This document shows positions 49,639 to 60,643 of a DNA stretch of 64,000 nucleotides, in pieces (the stretch's first letter is position 1; each line of letters starts with the position of its first letter). The position numbers and the translations under genes were made by a program. The notes beneath the pieces are model-generated. The model made no database searches, was not told the origin of the DNA, and saw nothing but the letters and a program-made list of their open reading frames with translations. This stretch comes from Nitrosopumilus sp. (GTDB taxonomy: Archaea; Thermoproteota; Nitrososphaeria; Nitrososphaerales; Nitrosopumilaceae), in contig OZ242186.1 of assembly GCA_965205675.1 (NCBI GenBank), positions 1,856,001 to 1,920,000 of the forward strand. Reading direction: 5' to 3'.

Positions 49639-50679
49639 ATGGAAAATAGAGAAGAGACTAGAAAGATCCAGTTTACGGGTAAATCATCTTACATTGTATC
49701 ATTACCAAAACAATGGATTATGGAATTAGGTCTCAAGCAAGGAGACCAAATCAGAATGATTCGAAAAGGTTCATCAACATTAGAGCTTTATCCTCCAAAA
49801 TTTGAATCACGTGCACACACAAAAGAAGATGCAGTAATTGAGATTAAAGGAGATGAGGAAGCATCATCAATTGTTCGAAAATTAATTTCATTGTACTTTT
49901 TAGGATTCAAGACGATTAATGTAAAACCAAAAAATGGTAGATTAAGTGCACGTCAAAGAAATACGGTCAAAGGAGCAGTAAAACGAATGCTAATGGGTTC
50001 AGAAATAATTGCTGATTCTAGTGACGGAATTACAGTACAGGTTCTAGTTAATTTATTAGAATTATCAGTAGACGGTGCTTTCAAAAGAATGATTCATTTA
50101 GCAAAATCAATGTCAAGTGATGCAATTCTGGCAGTAAAAGAAAATAATATAGAATTAGCCCAAGAAGTCATCAACACAGATGATGAAGTGGATAGATTTG
50201 GGTTTTACATTATTCGTCAATTAAAGATTGCAATCCAAAATGAACATATGTTAGAAGAAATGGGTTTTAGAAATGCCAGAAATTGTTTAGGATATAGGTT
50301 GGTTGTAAAAAACATAGAAAGAACAGGAGATCATGCTGCATTTATTGCCAAAGATCTAATTGAATTTAAAAAATCAGTGAAAAAAGAAATTTTGCAGAAA
50401 TTACAGGAGATGAATGAATTTTGTTTGTCTGTTTTAGATGATTCATGTCTTGCATTATTCAAAGAAGATTATAATCAAGCAGAAAAAACAATTACAGAAA
50501 TTAATGAGATTACCAAATATGAGAAAAAAGTCAGAGATGCCTCAAAATCATTAAAAGATGATGAGGAGATTTACAGAGTCAGAAGAATGACTGAAAATAT
50601 TAGAAGGGTTTCCGAATATGCTAGCGATATAGCAGAAATAGTTTTGAATATGAACATAGAGAAAACACTAAAAAAATAG
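49639..50679 (+). CDS. phoU: AbrB-PhoU phosphate uptake regulator
   Basis: RKIQFTGKSSYIVSLPKQW; DDEVDR; ERTGDHA. Confidence 0.9.
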   Translation: MENREETRKIQFTGKSSYIVSLPKQWIMELGLKQGDQIRMIRKGSSTLELYPPKFESRAHTKEDAVIEIKGDEEASSIVRKLISLYFLGFKTINVKPKNGRLSARQRNTVKGAVKRMLMGSEIIADSSDGITVQVLVNLLELSVDGAFKRMIHLAKSMSSDAILAVKENNIELAQEVINTDDEVDRFGFYIIRQLKIAIQNEHMLEEMGFRNARNCLGYRLVVKNIERTGDHAAFIAKDLIEFKKSVKKEILQKLQEMNEFCLSVLDDSCLALFKEDYNQAEKTITEINEITKYEKKVRDASKSLKDDEEIYRVRRMTENIRRVSEYASDIAEIVLNMNIEKTLKK

Positions 50680-50736
50680 GATAATTTATTAAATGTCCAA
50701 TACAATTAACTTAGATTCCATCAAAAATGAATTAAA

Positions 50737-51858
50737 ATGAATTCAGCAATTCTGATCACATATGACCAAGAAGATTCAATAAATGAGGCTAAAGGATTAT
50801 GTGATGCAGCAGGATACAAAATAGTCCACATTATCAAACAAAATTATCTTCAGAAACCAAAGTATGGCATCAGTGGTGGAGTACTAGAAAAACTAGAAGA
50901 AATATCAGAAAAATTAAGACCAGATGTAATTATATACGATGAAATTCTAAAACCAAGTCAAAATTACAATCTTGCAACAGTATTACATAGAGAAGTGTTA
51001 GATAGAGAAGCACTAATTCTTGAGATTTTTGAAAGTAGGGCATCAAGTGCAGAATCAAAATTACAAGTAAAATTAGCACAATTAAGATATGAAATGGCCA
51101 GAGCTAAAGAAAAAGTTAGGCTTGCAAACATTGGTGAGCAACCAGGATTTATGGGAATAGGAAAATTTGAAGTTGATGTGTATTATAATGACATCAAACA
51201 TAGAATGCAAACAATAAGATCAAAACTTGAAAAAGCAGGAAAACAAAGAGAGTTACACAGACAGGGAAGAAAGAGAATGGGATTTAAGACCATATCACTT
51301 GCAGGGTATACTTCTGCAGGAAAGACAACATTATTTAACAAAACAACAGGTGAAACAAGAACTCAAAGCAAAGAATTGTTCACAACTCTTACTACAACTA
51401 CACGACGATTAATTATAAATCAAGAATCATTTTTAATTGCAGATACAGTTGGATTTATCAGTAAATTACCAGCCTATATGATTGATGCATTCAAATCAAC
51501 ATTAGAAGAATTAGCACATACTGATATGATTATTTTGGTAATTGATATCAATGACTCATTGTCTGAACTAAAAAAGAAATTTTCTAGTTGTATGAGAACA
51601 TTAAATGAATTAGGAGTTGAACAAGATAAAGTAGTTTATGCTTTAAACAAATCAGACATGCTAAAAGATGAAGAAATTGAACAAAAAATTCATAATCTTA
51701 ATTTAACTGAAAATAAAAAACTAATTTCAGTTTCTGCAAAAACTGGAAAAAATATCAATGAATTAAAAAAGTTAATCAGAGAAATTATAGAGAATCAAAA
51801 TTTTCATAAACCAAAAAATAATCCATGGGAAGGAAGTGATAAGACATTTGGTAATTGA
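50737..51858 (+). CDS. hflX: GTPase HflX
   Basis: [27 protein letters not shown]. Confidence 0.95.
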   Translation: MNSAILITYDQEDSINEAKGLCDAAGYKIVHIIKQNYLQKPKYGISGGVLEKLEEISEKLRPDVIIYDEILKPSQNYNLATVLHREVLDREALILEIFESRASSAESKLQVKLAQLRYEMARAKEKVRLANIGEQPGFMGIGKFEVDVYYNDIKHRMQTIRSKLEKAGKQRELHRQGRKRMGFKTISLAGYTSAGKTTLFNKTTGETRTQSKELFTTLTTTTRRLIINQESFLIADTVGFISKLPAYMIDAFKSTLEELAHTDMIILVIDINDSLSELKKKFSSCMRTLNELGVEQDKVVYALNKSDMLKDEEIEQKIHNLNLTENKKLISVSAKTGKNINELKKLIREIIENQNFHKPKNNPWEGSDKTFGN

Positions 51859-52381
51859 AGTAGTTAGGATTGGACAGCGTGTTGTAAGAGACGATAGAGT
51901 AACAACTCATGTTGCATTGGTTTCTAGAGGATTTGGCGCAGAGCGAATTTACATGACTGAAGTAAATCCAGAAATTAAAGAAACAGTTGAGAAGATCAAC
52001 AATACATGGGGAGGTAATTTTGAAGTCAAATTTATTGAAAAATGGAAAACAATTATAAAAAATAAGAAAGATGAAGGATTCAAAATTGTTCATCTTTCGA
52101 TGTACGGAAAAAGCATCAACGACATTCAAGAAAAGATCAGAGGCGAAGAGAATCTGTTAATTGTTGTAGGTGCAGAAAAAGTTCCAAAAGAAATTTATGA
52201 GTTAGCAGATTATAATGTAGGAGTAGGAAGTCAGCCTCATTCAGAGATTAGTGCTTTGGCAATTCTTTTGGATCGTATACAAAAAGGGAAACAATTTGAA
52301 AAAGAGTTTTCAAATGCAAAGCGAAAGATAATTCCCACTAAAAATGGTAAAAATGTGCAAATAAAAGAAACAAGGGATTAA
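51836..52381 (+). CDS. trm56: tRNA (cytidine56-2'-O)-methyltransferase
   Basis: [31 protein letters not shown]. Confidence 0.93.
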   Translation: MIRHLVIEVVRIGQRVVRDDRVTTHVALVSRGFGAERIYMTEVNPEIKETVEKINNTWGGNFEVKFIEKWKTIIKNKKDEGFKIVHLSMYGKSINDIQEKIRGEENLLIVVGAEKVPKEIYELADYNVGVGSQPHSEISALAILLDRIQKGKQFEKEFSNAKRKIIPTKNGKNVQIKETRD

Positions 52382-52407
52382 TAGTAGAAAATTAGGAGTG
52401 ATTAGAG

Positions 52408-52923
52408 TTGGTAGACAAATACGAAGATCCTTTTGTTAGAATTGCTTCAATGATTGGAGGAGATGAATACCTCAAAGTAGCAAGATCTCTACTAAAAGCT
52501 GAGGATGCAACAGATGAAGAGATTGCTAGTTCTACAGGTCTTAGAATCAACATGGTTCGAAAAGTACTGTATGACTTGTTTGGAAAGTCTCTCATTACAG
52601 GAATTAGAGTTAAGGATGAAAGAAAAGGATGGTTTGTCTATAGATGGAGAACCAGAAGAGAAGAAGTTGAACACTTTATTGAAAACCAAAAGAAGAAAAT
52701 AGATGAAAGATTACAACAGAGATTAGATTATGAAAATGCTTCAGACTTTTATCATTGTGGAAATCAAGATTGTCCTAGAGTAACTTTTGAAAATGCTCTT
52801 GACGGAATGTTCAAATGCCCATCATGTCAAAATGTATTGAATCTAAAAAAGAATGATAAATCAAAAAAGGCATATCAAAAGAAAATTGATGAAATCAAAA
52901 AAGATATGCAACAAACATTTTGA
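52408..52923 (+). CDS. tfe: Transcription factor E alpha
   Basis: TDEEIA..VRKVLY..GWFVYRW; Zn ribbon FKCPSC. Confidence 0.93.
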   Translation: MVDKYEDPFVRIASMIGGDEYLKVARSLLKAEDATDEEIASSTGLRINMVRKVLYDLFGKSLITGIRVKDERKGWFVYRWRTRREEVEHFIENQKKKIDERLQQRLDYENASDFYHCGNQDCPRVTFENALDGMFKCPSCQNVLNLKKNDKSKKAYQKKIDEIKKDMQQTF

Positions 52924-53000
52924 TTAAATCAAATTAAAAAAACAAGTACAAAATACATCATTACCACGTTGAATTAACTATATTACAATTTTAAAAAAAA

Positions 53001-53273
53001 CTAGTTCTCAAAGTCATCATCATCGTCATCACATTCTTCCAACTCAACATGAGTTGGATTACCATCATCATCAAAAAAAATCTCAATACATACATTAGTT
53101 GCCAAAGTAGAGACTAAAATCTCAGTTAATTCTTTAGGAAAATTTCCTAATCTACTAGGATCTGAGGAATGTCGATAAATTGTAATATCATCTTCATGAT
53201 AAAAATCAAATTCAATATCACCATTAACAAATTTTCTTACTGTTGTTACTTGACCAAATACACTATGTGCCAA
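53001..53273 (-). CDS. Acidic hypothetical protein
   Basis: 90-aa ORF directly downstream of the hemerythrin gene. Confidence 0.7.
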   Translation of the reverse strand: MAHSVFGQVTTVRKFVNGDIEFDFYHEDDITIYRHSSDPSRLGNFPKELTEILVSTLATNVCIEIFFDDDGNPTHVELEECDDDDDDFEN

Positions 53274-53275
53274 AT

Positions 53276-53833
53276 TTAATTACCTTGTTGAGAAACATCT
53301 TTTGCAAGATTTTCTGCTAATTGTTCATAATGCTCTCTAGTTTTACCTAATTCATCAAATTTTGATTTTTCAATTTCCTTAAGTTCCTTGTCAACTTTTT
53401 CTGAAACATATTGTAATCGTGTTTCAGCCATCATGAATAATTTATTATTCTCTTTCCACAAATGTTCTGTAATATGTTCAACATATTCTTGCATGTTACT
53501 TACTAATTTTGTAGAATCTCCTGAGAGAAGATATTCTTTTGTAGATATTTCCATTTCAGTACCAATTTCGCGTGAACGTTGATGATCAATTAGCATCATT
53601 GCAATTGGTCCCATATTGGTAGGTAAACCAGCTTGTTCTAAAGCTGGAAATAATGATTTTTCCTCTTTACTGTGATGACAAACATCAGTAAAGTTTTTTG
53701 AAAAATCAATTACAGGCAATAGTATAGATTCAGGGATTTGTTTGCCATCATTTAGTAATTGAATAGTAGATTCCATTGCTTTAATGACTTTTTCAATTAA
53801 TTCATGATCACGTCTTAATGATTCTGTAGACAT
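53276..53833 (-). CDS. Hemerythrin (HHE) domain protein
   Basis: DH, HHSKEE..LFP, DH, HLWKEN..LF. Confidence 0.9.
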   Translation of the reverse strand: MSTESLRRDHELIEKVIKAMESTIQLLNDGKQIPESILLPVIDFSKNFTDVCHHSKEEKSLFPALEQAGLPTNMGPIAMMLIDHQRSREIGTEMEISTKEYLLSGDSTKLVSNMQEYVEHITEHLWKENNKLFMMAETRLQYVSEKVDKELKEIEKSKFDELGKTREHYEQLAENLAKDVSQQGN

Positions 53834-53935
53834 AATTGAATAAAATTAAATCCAATATCTATATCTTATTCATTATAAGAAAAATAATTAAAAGATAGAA
53901 GTTAGTTAACGATGATTCGCTAACATATGTTGGGT

Positions 53936-54157
53936 TTAACGATTAGAAAGGTCCTTTGATTTTACAAATGCCCAAATCTTTTTTGTCATTTCACTTGGTG
54001 CAATTGGTTTTTTACCAAATACTTGTTCTACAGTTTCAGAACGTCCTGCGAAACTGATTGCATATCCTCCAAATGCAGGTTTTGTAGCTTTTGATTTAGT
54101 TGCTTTCTTTTTTGGAACTGCTTTCTTTTTTGTTGTAGTTTTCTTTTTAATTACCAA
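53936..54157 (-). CDS. SWIB/MDM2-like small protein with Lys-rich tail
   Basis: FGKKPIAPSEMTKKIWAFVKSKDL resembles SWIB core (..VG....R.EV.KKLW.YIK...L). Confidence 0.75.
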   Translation of the reverse strand: MVIKKKTTTKKKAVPKKKATKSKATKPAFGGYAISFAGRSETVEQVFGKKPIAPSEMTKKIWAFVKSKDLSNR

Positions 54158-54193
54158 TCTCTTGTAATTTTATTTCAAATAAAGTATAATAAC

Positions 54194-54868
54194 TTACACT
54201 TTCAGATAATTCAAAATAAGATGATTTTTGAGCGTCTTGACAGATTTAAGTCGTAGATTAGGGGATTTGGATATTTTATCAAATCCATCACCTTGAACAA
54301 GCGATATTGAATTTTTCCCTCCTATCAAAAATGGAGAAACGGTAAGAATTAATTCATCAAAAAGACTTTGTTTAATAAATTCCCAATTTACTGTTCCACC
54401 ACCTTCAACTAAAATTGTGGATATTTTTCTATCTGAAAGTTTCTTCAAAAGAGACTTGATGTTAACAGAATTTTTTCCAGTAATAATTATTTGAACTGGA
54501 TGTTTTTTTAATTTTTGAAGGTTGGATTTGGATATTTTTTCTGACACAGCTATAATTGTTGGAACAACAGATGATGTTTGTAGGATTTTTGATTTTGAGG
54601 AGATTTCACCTTTAGAATCTAGTATGATTCTAACAGGGTTTTTTCCTTTAGTGTAACGTACAGTCAATAAAGGGTTATCACGTAACAGGGTATTCTTTCC
54701 AATAAGTATTCCATCTACCTTTGTTCTTAGTTTATGTAATCTATGAAGATCGTCACTAGAGGAAAGTTTTGAATTCCCTGTTCTTGTAGCAATTTTACCA
54801 TCAATAGAAACTGCTGCACTTAAAATTACATAAGACTTAGAGCTTTCCATATACGATTTCTCCTCCAA
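54194..54868 (-). CDS. Pyrimidine nucleotide reductase (RibD C-terminal / ArfC type)
   Basis: AVSIDGKIA, LR, DNPLLTVR, VEGGG. Confidence 0.9.
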   Translation of the reverse strand: MEEKSYMESSKSYVILSAAVSIDGKIATRTGNSKLSSSDDLHRLHKLRTKVDGILIGKNTLLRDNPLLTVRYTKGKNPVRIILDSKGEISSKSKILQTSSVVPTIIAVSEKISKSNLQKLKKHPVQIIITGKNSVNIKSLLKKLSDRKISTILVEGGGTVNWEFIKQSLFDELILTVSPFLIGGKNSISLVQGDGFDKISKSPNLRLKSVKTLKNHLILNYLKV

Positions 54869-56027
54869 TCATTACAGCCTTGATTGTAGATTCAGATGCT
54901 CTATGAACAATTGATGCATGTGGATTATGCATTGGTTCTAAATCTAATGCATGTTTATCCAAAAATATACAATCAGCAATTTTTCCAGATTCAATACTTC
55001 CAATATTTTTATTTAGAATTTTTCCACCATTTACTGTAGCCATTTTAAGAATTTCTTTGGGATCGATTCGTTTTTTATGTAATCCCATAGTGACCTTCCA
55101 AATAAAATCCATTTCTCTAAACATGTCAGGAGAATTTATCATAACATTATCTGTGCCTAAAGCTAGAGTACAACCAGCTTTTTGCATTAAATCAATATCA
55201 GGAATTCCTTCAGATAGTGCTGAATTAGCTCTAGGACAAATTACAATTCCTCTTATTTTTTTAGATGCAGTTAGAAGATCAGATTTTGAAGCATATGTCA
55301 TATGAACTAGAAAATCAGGTTTTAGAATTAAAGCTCTAATTACTTCAGATACTCCGGTTATTTTTTTTGATTGTGTTGTACTTTGTTTAGTTTCAGCAGA
55401 ATGAATTGCTCGAAGTTTTGGTGTTTTTGAATATTTATTTAATACAAAATCACTATTTTCATTTGCACCACTTACACCAATGCCATCACATTTTTTTAGT
55501 AAATCAAGTAATTGCGCAGATTTTGTGCTTGGAAATGATGATTTTTTTTTAATTTCTTTGGCATCTTGATAAAATTCCATTCGTCCTAAAATTATTGAAC
55601 GTAAAGGAATATCTTTTAGGACTTTCTTTAATAAAACAACGCCATCTAGTTCGCCTTCTCTAAAATCAACAAAAGTAGTAATTCCCTTTCCAAGCATTGA
55701 ATAACATGCATTTTTCATAAAATTTCCCAAGTTTTGGTTTGAAGTGTTTTTGAGTATTTTTGATTTGACACCAAATACAGGATGAATTTTTTCATCAACT
55801 GTATTGTTTAAAGAAATATCTTTTCCAATAGAATCTCCAATATGGGTATGAGCATTAATGAATCCAGGAATCATCAACAAACCTTCACAATCAATAGATT
55901 CTTCTTTTACATTTGATTTAATTTTTGGTTTAATTTTTTTAAATTTTTTATTTTGGATACATACATCTGTATTTAAAATAAAATCTAGGTCTTGTCCAAT
56001 TAATACACTGGTGTTTTTAATTAACAT
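54837..56027 (-). CDS. Metal-dependent amidohydrolase/deaminase
   Basis: PGFINAHTHIGD, HSAE, VH, CPRAN, LGTDN. Confidence 0.88.
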   Translation of the reverse strand: MLIKNTSVLIGQDLDFILNTDVCIQNKKFKKIKPKIKSNVKEESIDCEGLLMIPGFINAHTHIGDSIGKDISLNNTVDEKIHPVFGVKSKILKNTSNQNLGNFMKNACYSMLGKGITTFVDFREGELDGVVLLKKVLKDIPLRSIILGRMEFYQDAKEIKKKSSFPSTKSAQLLDLLKKCDGIGVSGANENSDFVLNKYSKTPKLRAIHSAETKQSTTQSKKITGVSEVIRALILKPDFLVHMTYASKSDLLTASKKIRGIVICPRANSALSEGIPDIDLMQKAGCTLALGTDNVMINSPDMFREMDFIWKVTMGLHKKRIDPKEILKMATVNGGKILNKNIGSIESGKIADCIFLDKHALDLEPMHNPHASIVHRASESTIKAVMIGGEIVYGKL

Positions 56028-56770
56028 GATAATTCATAAACTTCAGGTTTTTCTCTACCCGAATCTCGAATTTCGCGTATAGTGTCAAGAGATTTTGTGG
56101 CTAATTTTACTGCATCTCTACCAGTATTTGCATTGCCAATTCCACAATTCAACAAAATTCCATTATTTTTTACAATATTGATAAATTCCTCAACAGATTG
56201 TTTTGCTTCCTCACTTGATACCACCATAAAGTTATCACCACCCATAAAAAAAGTAAGGGAATTTTTTTTTAAAAAGAATTTAGACATTTTTGAATATAAT
56301 TCAAAAATTATTGATGAAATTTCATAAGGGGAATTGGTTTCTCTTTTTGATGTAAGATCATCAACATCCAAATGCATTATTGAGACTGTTGAGTCAGATT
56401 TTTCATAAATAAAACCAAAAATATTATTTTCTACATCTAAAACAATTTTATTTTTTTTTCCTTCATATGCTTTTAGATTAGCTGTAAAAGGAGAATTCCC
56501 ATATCCTATAGATATTGTTAATCCAATAGTAAATGATTTTTTAAGTATTTTTTGGATGTGAATATGATCTTCTAAATTCAAACCATTAGAAACTACAAAA
56601 AATTCATCAGCTCTGTTAAGAAAAACTATGCAATTTTTTTCAGAAAATAACTTTTGTATTTCTTTGTAGAGGGATGCTTGGAGCATTTGGAGTTGGTGCT
56701 CTCTATCACTATCAAGAGTTAAAGTCCAAGGACCATATTCAGTAATTTTTAAGATACTTAGTTGAATCAT
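56021..56770 (-). CDS. gch3: GTP cyclohydrolase III (IIa)
   Basis: YGPWTLTL..DRE..LQ..Q; FMGGDNF; GIG. Confidence 0.9.
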   Translation of the reverse strand: MIQLSILKITEYGPWTLTLDSDREHQLQMLQASLYKEIQKLFSEKNCIVFLNRADEFFVVSNGLNLEDHIHIQKILKKSFTIGLTISIGYGNSPFTANLKAYEGKKNKIVLDVENNIFGFIYEKSDSTVSIMHLDVDDLTSKRETNSPYEISSIIFELYSKMSKFFLKKNSLTFFMGGDNFMVVSSEEAKQSVEEFINIVKNNGILLNCGIGNANTGRDAVKLATKSLDTIREIRDSGREKPEVYELSC

Positions 56771-57183
56771 TTTTGAATCCTTTTTAGTTCATTAGATATT
56801 TTTACAACAGCTTCTACAGCACGTTCTGCAACAGGTCTTATTCTAGCATAAGCATGTCTTTCTTGCATTCCAGGGCCAGAGATTCCCAAAGATATAGGTT
56901 TTTGATATTTTAATGATAAATCAGTAAGAGCTTGAGCTACAGCATGAGAAATAACTTCATCATGTTTTGTTTGACCTTTAATAATAGCACCCAAAGTAAC
57001 TATAGCATCAACATCATTTTTTTTAAATAATGAATCCACAACTATAGGCATGTCATAAGCTCCTGGAATCATACAGATATAAGAAATTTTTAGTTTCAAT
57101 AGATCAGCTTTCTCTTTAGCTACAGCAAGCATTCTAGATGTTATTTCTTCATTAAATTCCGAAACTACTATTGCAATATTCAA
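56767..57183 (-). CDS. ribH: 6,7-dimethyl-8-ribityllumazine synthase
   Basis: VSEFN, PGAYDMP, GAIIKGQTKHD. Confidence 0.95.
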   Translation of the reverse strand: MNIAIVVSEFNEEITSRMLAVAKEKADLLKLKISYICMIPGAYDMPIVVDSLFKKNDVDAIVTLGAIIKGQTKHDEVISHAVAQALTDLSLKYQKPISLGISGPGMQERHAYARIRPVAERAVEAVVKISNELKRIQK

Positions 57184-57185
57184 AA

Positions 57186-57851
57186 TTAATTCACCTTGGC
57201 GTATTCTAAAAGTTCTTTTCCATCAATTAATGGAATTCCATTTTGATCTGCAAATTTTTCAGCTTTATCTACAGATAATGCAACATAAGTTTCAGCATCC
57301 ATCATTTCACAAATTGCTGTAACAGGAGTTAAACCTGCAGCCTGTGCCAAATAAACAGACATTTCTGTATGCCCCTGACGTACAGTCAGCAAACCTTGAG
57401 ATGCAATCAACAATGGAACATGACCGGGGGTTTTAAAGGATGAAGCAAATTTTTTCTGTCTATTTTCAACATTATAGATTTTAGCCATTTCACTAATCGT
57501 TAATGCCCTATCTTTATCAGTAATCCCAGTGTATGTTTGATAATGGTTTACAGATAACGAAAAAGTGGGATGATCACCGTAAGGTGCTAATCCCATGATC
57601 ATTTCTTTATTTGGGATTGAAGATTCGGAAAGAATTTCATGCATATATTGTAAATTAAGAGATTTGGCAAAATCATTGTTTATTGCAACACACAATAATC
57701 CACCTGCATATTGTCGCATTCTTGCAACGTGTTCAGGCGTTACAAATTCTGCTGCTACAACCATATCTATTTCATTTTCTCGTCCAGCTGAATCAAATAA
57801 TAAAACAAATTCACCATGTTTCAGAGACTGCAAGGCAGAATCAAGAGACAT
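57186..57851 (-). CDS. ribB: 3,4-dihydroxy-2-butanone-4-phosphate synthase
   Basis: RENEID, TGITDKDRALT, PGHV, RQGHTE, CEM. Confidence 0.95.
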   Translation of the reverse strand: MSLDSALQSLKHGEFVLLFDSAGRENEIDMVVAAEFVTPEHVARMRQYAGGLLCVAINNDFAKSLNLQYMHEILSESSIPNKEMIMGLAPYGDHPTFSLSVNHYQTYTGITDKDRALTISEMAKIYNVENRQKKFASSFKTPGHVPLLIASQGLLTVRQGHTEMSVYLAQAAGLTPVTAICEMMDAETYVALSVDKAEKFADQNGIPLIDGKELLEYAKVN

Positions 57852-57929
57852 GTGGGGGGAGATTCTTCATCTAATTATAAAGTTTACTAAAAAACTGGTA
57901 ATTACCACTAAAATTGTAGATAATTGGCT

Positions 57930-58514
57930 TTATTTTAGAATATATTTTCCAAGAATGTCAGTTTCAATATTAACTTTATCGCCTATTTTTTTTGTGTGAA
58001 AATTTGTGACATCGATTGTATGAGGAATCAATGATACAGACACGAGTGAATTTTTTACATCAACTACTGTTAAACTAATTCCATCAATTGCAATAGAACC
58101 TTTTTTTACAACAAATTTAGATAATTTTTTTGGGATTTGAAACCAAACTTGAACTTCTTTAGGTTTGTTTAAGATCTTTTTAATTATTGCAACACCATCT
58201 ACATGGCCTAAAACAAAATGTCCTTCAAGTCGATCATCAGCTTTTAGACTACGTTCAATATTTACAACTCCGCCAATTTTTAAATTTCCTAAATCAGTTT
58301 TTTTAGTAGTTTCCTCAATTATTTCAAAAATACAGCTGGATTTAGAGAGTTTAGTTGCAGTTAAACATACTCCATTTAAAGCAATACTTTGTCCAATTTT
58401 TAATCCCTTGACATGTTTACCTAAATTTACAGTCATTTGAATATTACTTCTATTTTTTGTATTTTGAGAAATTTTTTCAATTTTGCCAATTCCTTCTATA
58501 ATTCCAGTAAACAT
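57930..58514 (-). CDS. ribE: Riboflavin synthase (bacterial alpha type)
   Basis: MFTGII, NGVCLT, GH.VLGHVD, KGSIAIDGISLT. Confidence 0.95.
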   Translation of the reverse strand: MFTGIIEGIGKIEKISQNTKNRSNIQMTVNLGKHVKGLKIGQSIALNGVCLTATKLSKSSCIFEIIEETTKKTDLGNLKIGGVVNIERSLKADDRLEGHFVLGHVDGVAIIKKILNKPKEVQVWFQIPKKLSKFVVKKGSIAIDGISLTVVDVKNSLVSVSLIPHTIDVTNFHTKKIGDKVNIETDILGKYILK

Positions 58515-58598
58515 TTGATTATCTAAAACACATATCTATAAAATTCTTCAGATATTCAAAGGTAATAATTTAAAATTAACGGTTTTGTTAGTTTGGAT

Positions 58599-59303
58599 TT
58601 ATTTAGAATTTAATTTTTGGAATTCATCATCACAAAATTGATGAAAAACAGAACATTTGTTTTCTTTAGCATCATTTTTAATTTTTTCCATATCTTGATT
58701 AAGAATTCCTTGTGCAGCTAAAAATGCATCGTCATTCATTCCTAATTTTTTAAATAATTGTGATTTCGTAAGAGATAATTCTTTTAATTCAGGATCAATC
58801 ATTTGTGCTTTGTCATAGTAAATTATGGCATCTTCATAATCTCCTAAATGACTAAGAGAAATGGCCTTATTCATTAAAGCTGTGATATCAGCGGGATTAA
58901 TCAGAAGTGACGTATTGTAGCATTCAAGGGCTTCTTTATGACGATTTAGTTCATTAAGAGAAATTCCCATACTGTTTAGAGCCCAAACATCTTTTGGATT
59001 AGATGTAAGAATTTGTTGACACAGTGTTAGAACTTGATCATATTGCTCTAGATTTTCTAGTGCAAAAATCTTATTTTTTAGCGCATATGTATCAGAATTT
59101 TTTATATCTAAAACCTGATTACAATAATCAATAGATTCATCATATTTTTTTAGGTAAATCAAAGATAGGGAAATATTTTGTAATGCAGTCATATCGTCTG
59201 GGGTTTTTTCAAGTAAGCTTTTACAATAAGTATACATTTCTTCATATTTTTTAGCATTAAACATTCTAGTTATTACATTAGAGGGATCAAGAAGATCTAC
59301 CAT
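58599..59303 (-). CDS. TPR repeat protein
   Basis: Multiple TPR units. Confidence 0.88.
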   Translation of the reverse strand: MVDLLDPSNVITRMFNAKKYEEMYTYCKSLLEKTPDDMTALQNISLSLIYLKKYDESIDYCNQVLDIKNSDTYALKNKIFALENLEQYDQVLTLCQQILTSNPKDVWALNSMGISLNELNRHKEALECYNTSLLINPADITALMNKAISLSHLGDYEDAIIYYDKAQMIDPELKELSLTKSQLFKKLGMNDDAFLAAQGILNQDMEKIKNDAKENKCSVFHQFCDDEFQKLNSK

Positions 59304-59781
59304 ACCATAAAATGAGAATTTATCCTCTTTAATCTATTCTAATTTAAATAGAAATTCATTGGATCATTTCAAAACTTTACAAAGTGTTTTATTTAAGACT
59401 GTGAGATAAGTATACGATGATTATTCTAATTGAGTTAATTTTGCTTGGCGTAGTCTAAGTTTTTTGTCAAGATCTTCATCAATCATGGTATGTCAATTAA
59501 ACTATTAGTAAAACATTTTAATAGATTTTCAAGTGCTCTTAAAAAAAATTCAACGATTAATATTGAAAAATTTAATTTTACGTGGATTAATTATAGAATC
59601 AGAAAAAGTTCTAGATGAAAGTAAAAAATCTCTAAATCATAATAGGTTTTCCAGGAAACCCAACTAGATATCAAAAAAGATAAGATCGGTATTATTAAAG
59701 TCACAGATAGAAAAATATTTGAAAAAAACACAGGTATCAAAGTAATTATATAATCATTTGAATAAAATCAACTAAAAATAT

Positions 59782-60636
59782 TCATTTTATAAGATCAAGT
59801 AAGGCTTTTGCTTGTTTGAAATGTACTTCATCTATCATTTTTCCATCTACAGTAGTAGCTCCTTTACCTTTCTTTGTTGATTCAAGATAGATTTTACATA
59901 CTTTCTCAGCCCAAGATATTTCGTTTTTATTTGGATAGAATGATTTGTGAACTATAGGTATTTGATCTGGGTGTATAATGCTTTTACCATTATATCCTAA
60001 ACTTTTGCCTAATTTACAGTCTTTTTCTAATCCTTCAGAATCTTTGATATCTTGCCAAATAGCATCAATTACTGCAACTCCGGCTGCATGTGCATCTACA
60101 GATATTTTTCTTCTAGAATATCTTTCACTCTCAGAGTCTTTCACATATTCAACACCCAAATCATTTAGTAAATCAAAAACACCAAAAACTACTGCAGAAA
60201 CTCGTTTTCCAAAAGATGCAATTTCATATGTCTTTACAACACCCTCTGCAGATTCAATTGAAGGAATAATTTGTATGGGTTTTAGTTTTCGAGTTTTTTC
60301 AAGATTAGATAGTATTTTTTCAATTTTTTTCATTTCCTTGATATTGTTAACTTTGGGAATCACAATTCCATCAATACCTTTTTGAATAATTTCTTTAAGA
60401 TCAGACAGAATTTTTCCGGAATTTGGAGAATTTGTTCTGACAAAAATTGGAGATTTGTAAGATTTTCTAGACTTTAATACAGATTTGATTAATTTTCGTG
60501 CATTAACTTTTTCATCATCTGGAACAGAATCTTCTAAATCAAAGCAAATAATGTCAGCATCAAGGATTTTCGCTTTTTCTAAGAATCTGGAATTATTGCC
60601 AGGAACAAAGATCAGACTACGAAAAAGCTGAGTCAT
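59782..60636 (-). CDS. CitE/malyl-CoA lyase family CoA-ester lyase
   Basis: RSLIFVPG, DLEDSV, IESAEG, GK..IHPDQI, GKMID. Confidence 0.9.
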   Translation of the reverse strand: MTQLFRSLIFVPGNNSRFLEKAKILDADIICFDLEDSVPDDEKVNARKLIKSVLKSRKSYKSPIFVRTNSPNSGKILSDLKEIIQKGIDGIVIPKVNNIKEMKKIEKILSNLEKTRKLKPIQIIPSIESAEGVVKTYEIASFGKRVSAVVFGVFDLLNDLGVEYVKDSESERYSRRKISVDAHAAGVAVIDAIWQDIKDSEGLEKDCKLGKSLGYNGKSIIHPDQIPIVHKSFYPNKNEISWAEKVCKIYLESTKKGKGATTVDGKMIDEVHFKQAKALLDLIK

Positions 60637-60643
60637 TAAATGA

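Noticed and set aside
59340-59760. Possible gene or ncRNA in the gap between the TPR and CitE-like genes
   Set aside because: Only short interrupted coding-like scraps; no assignable family or stable structure.
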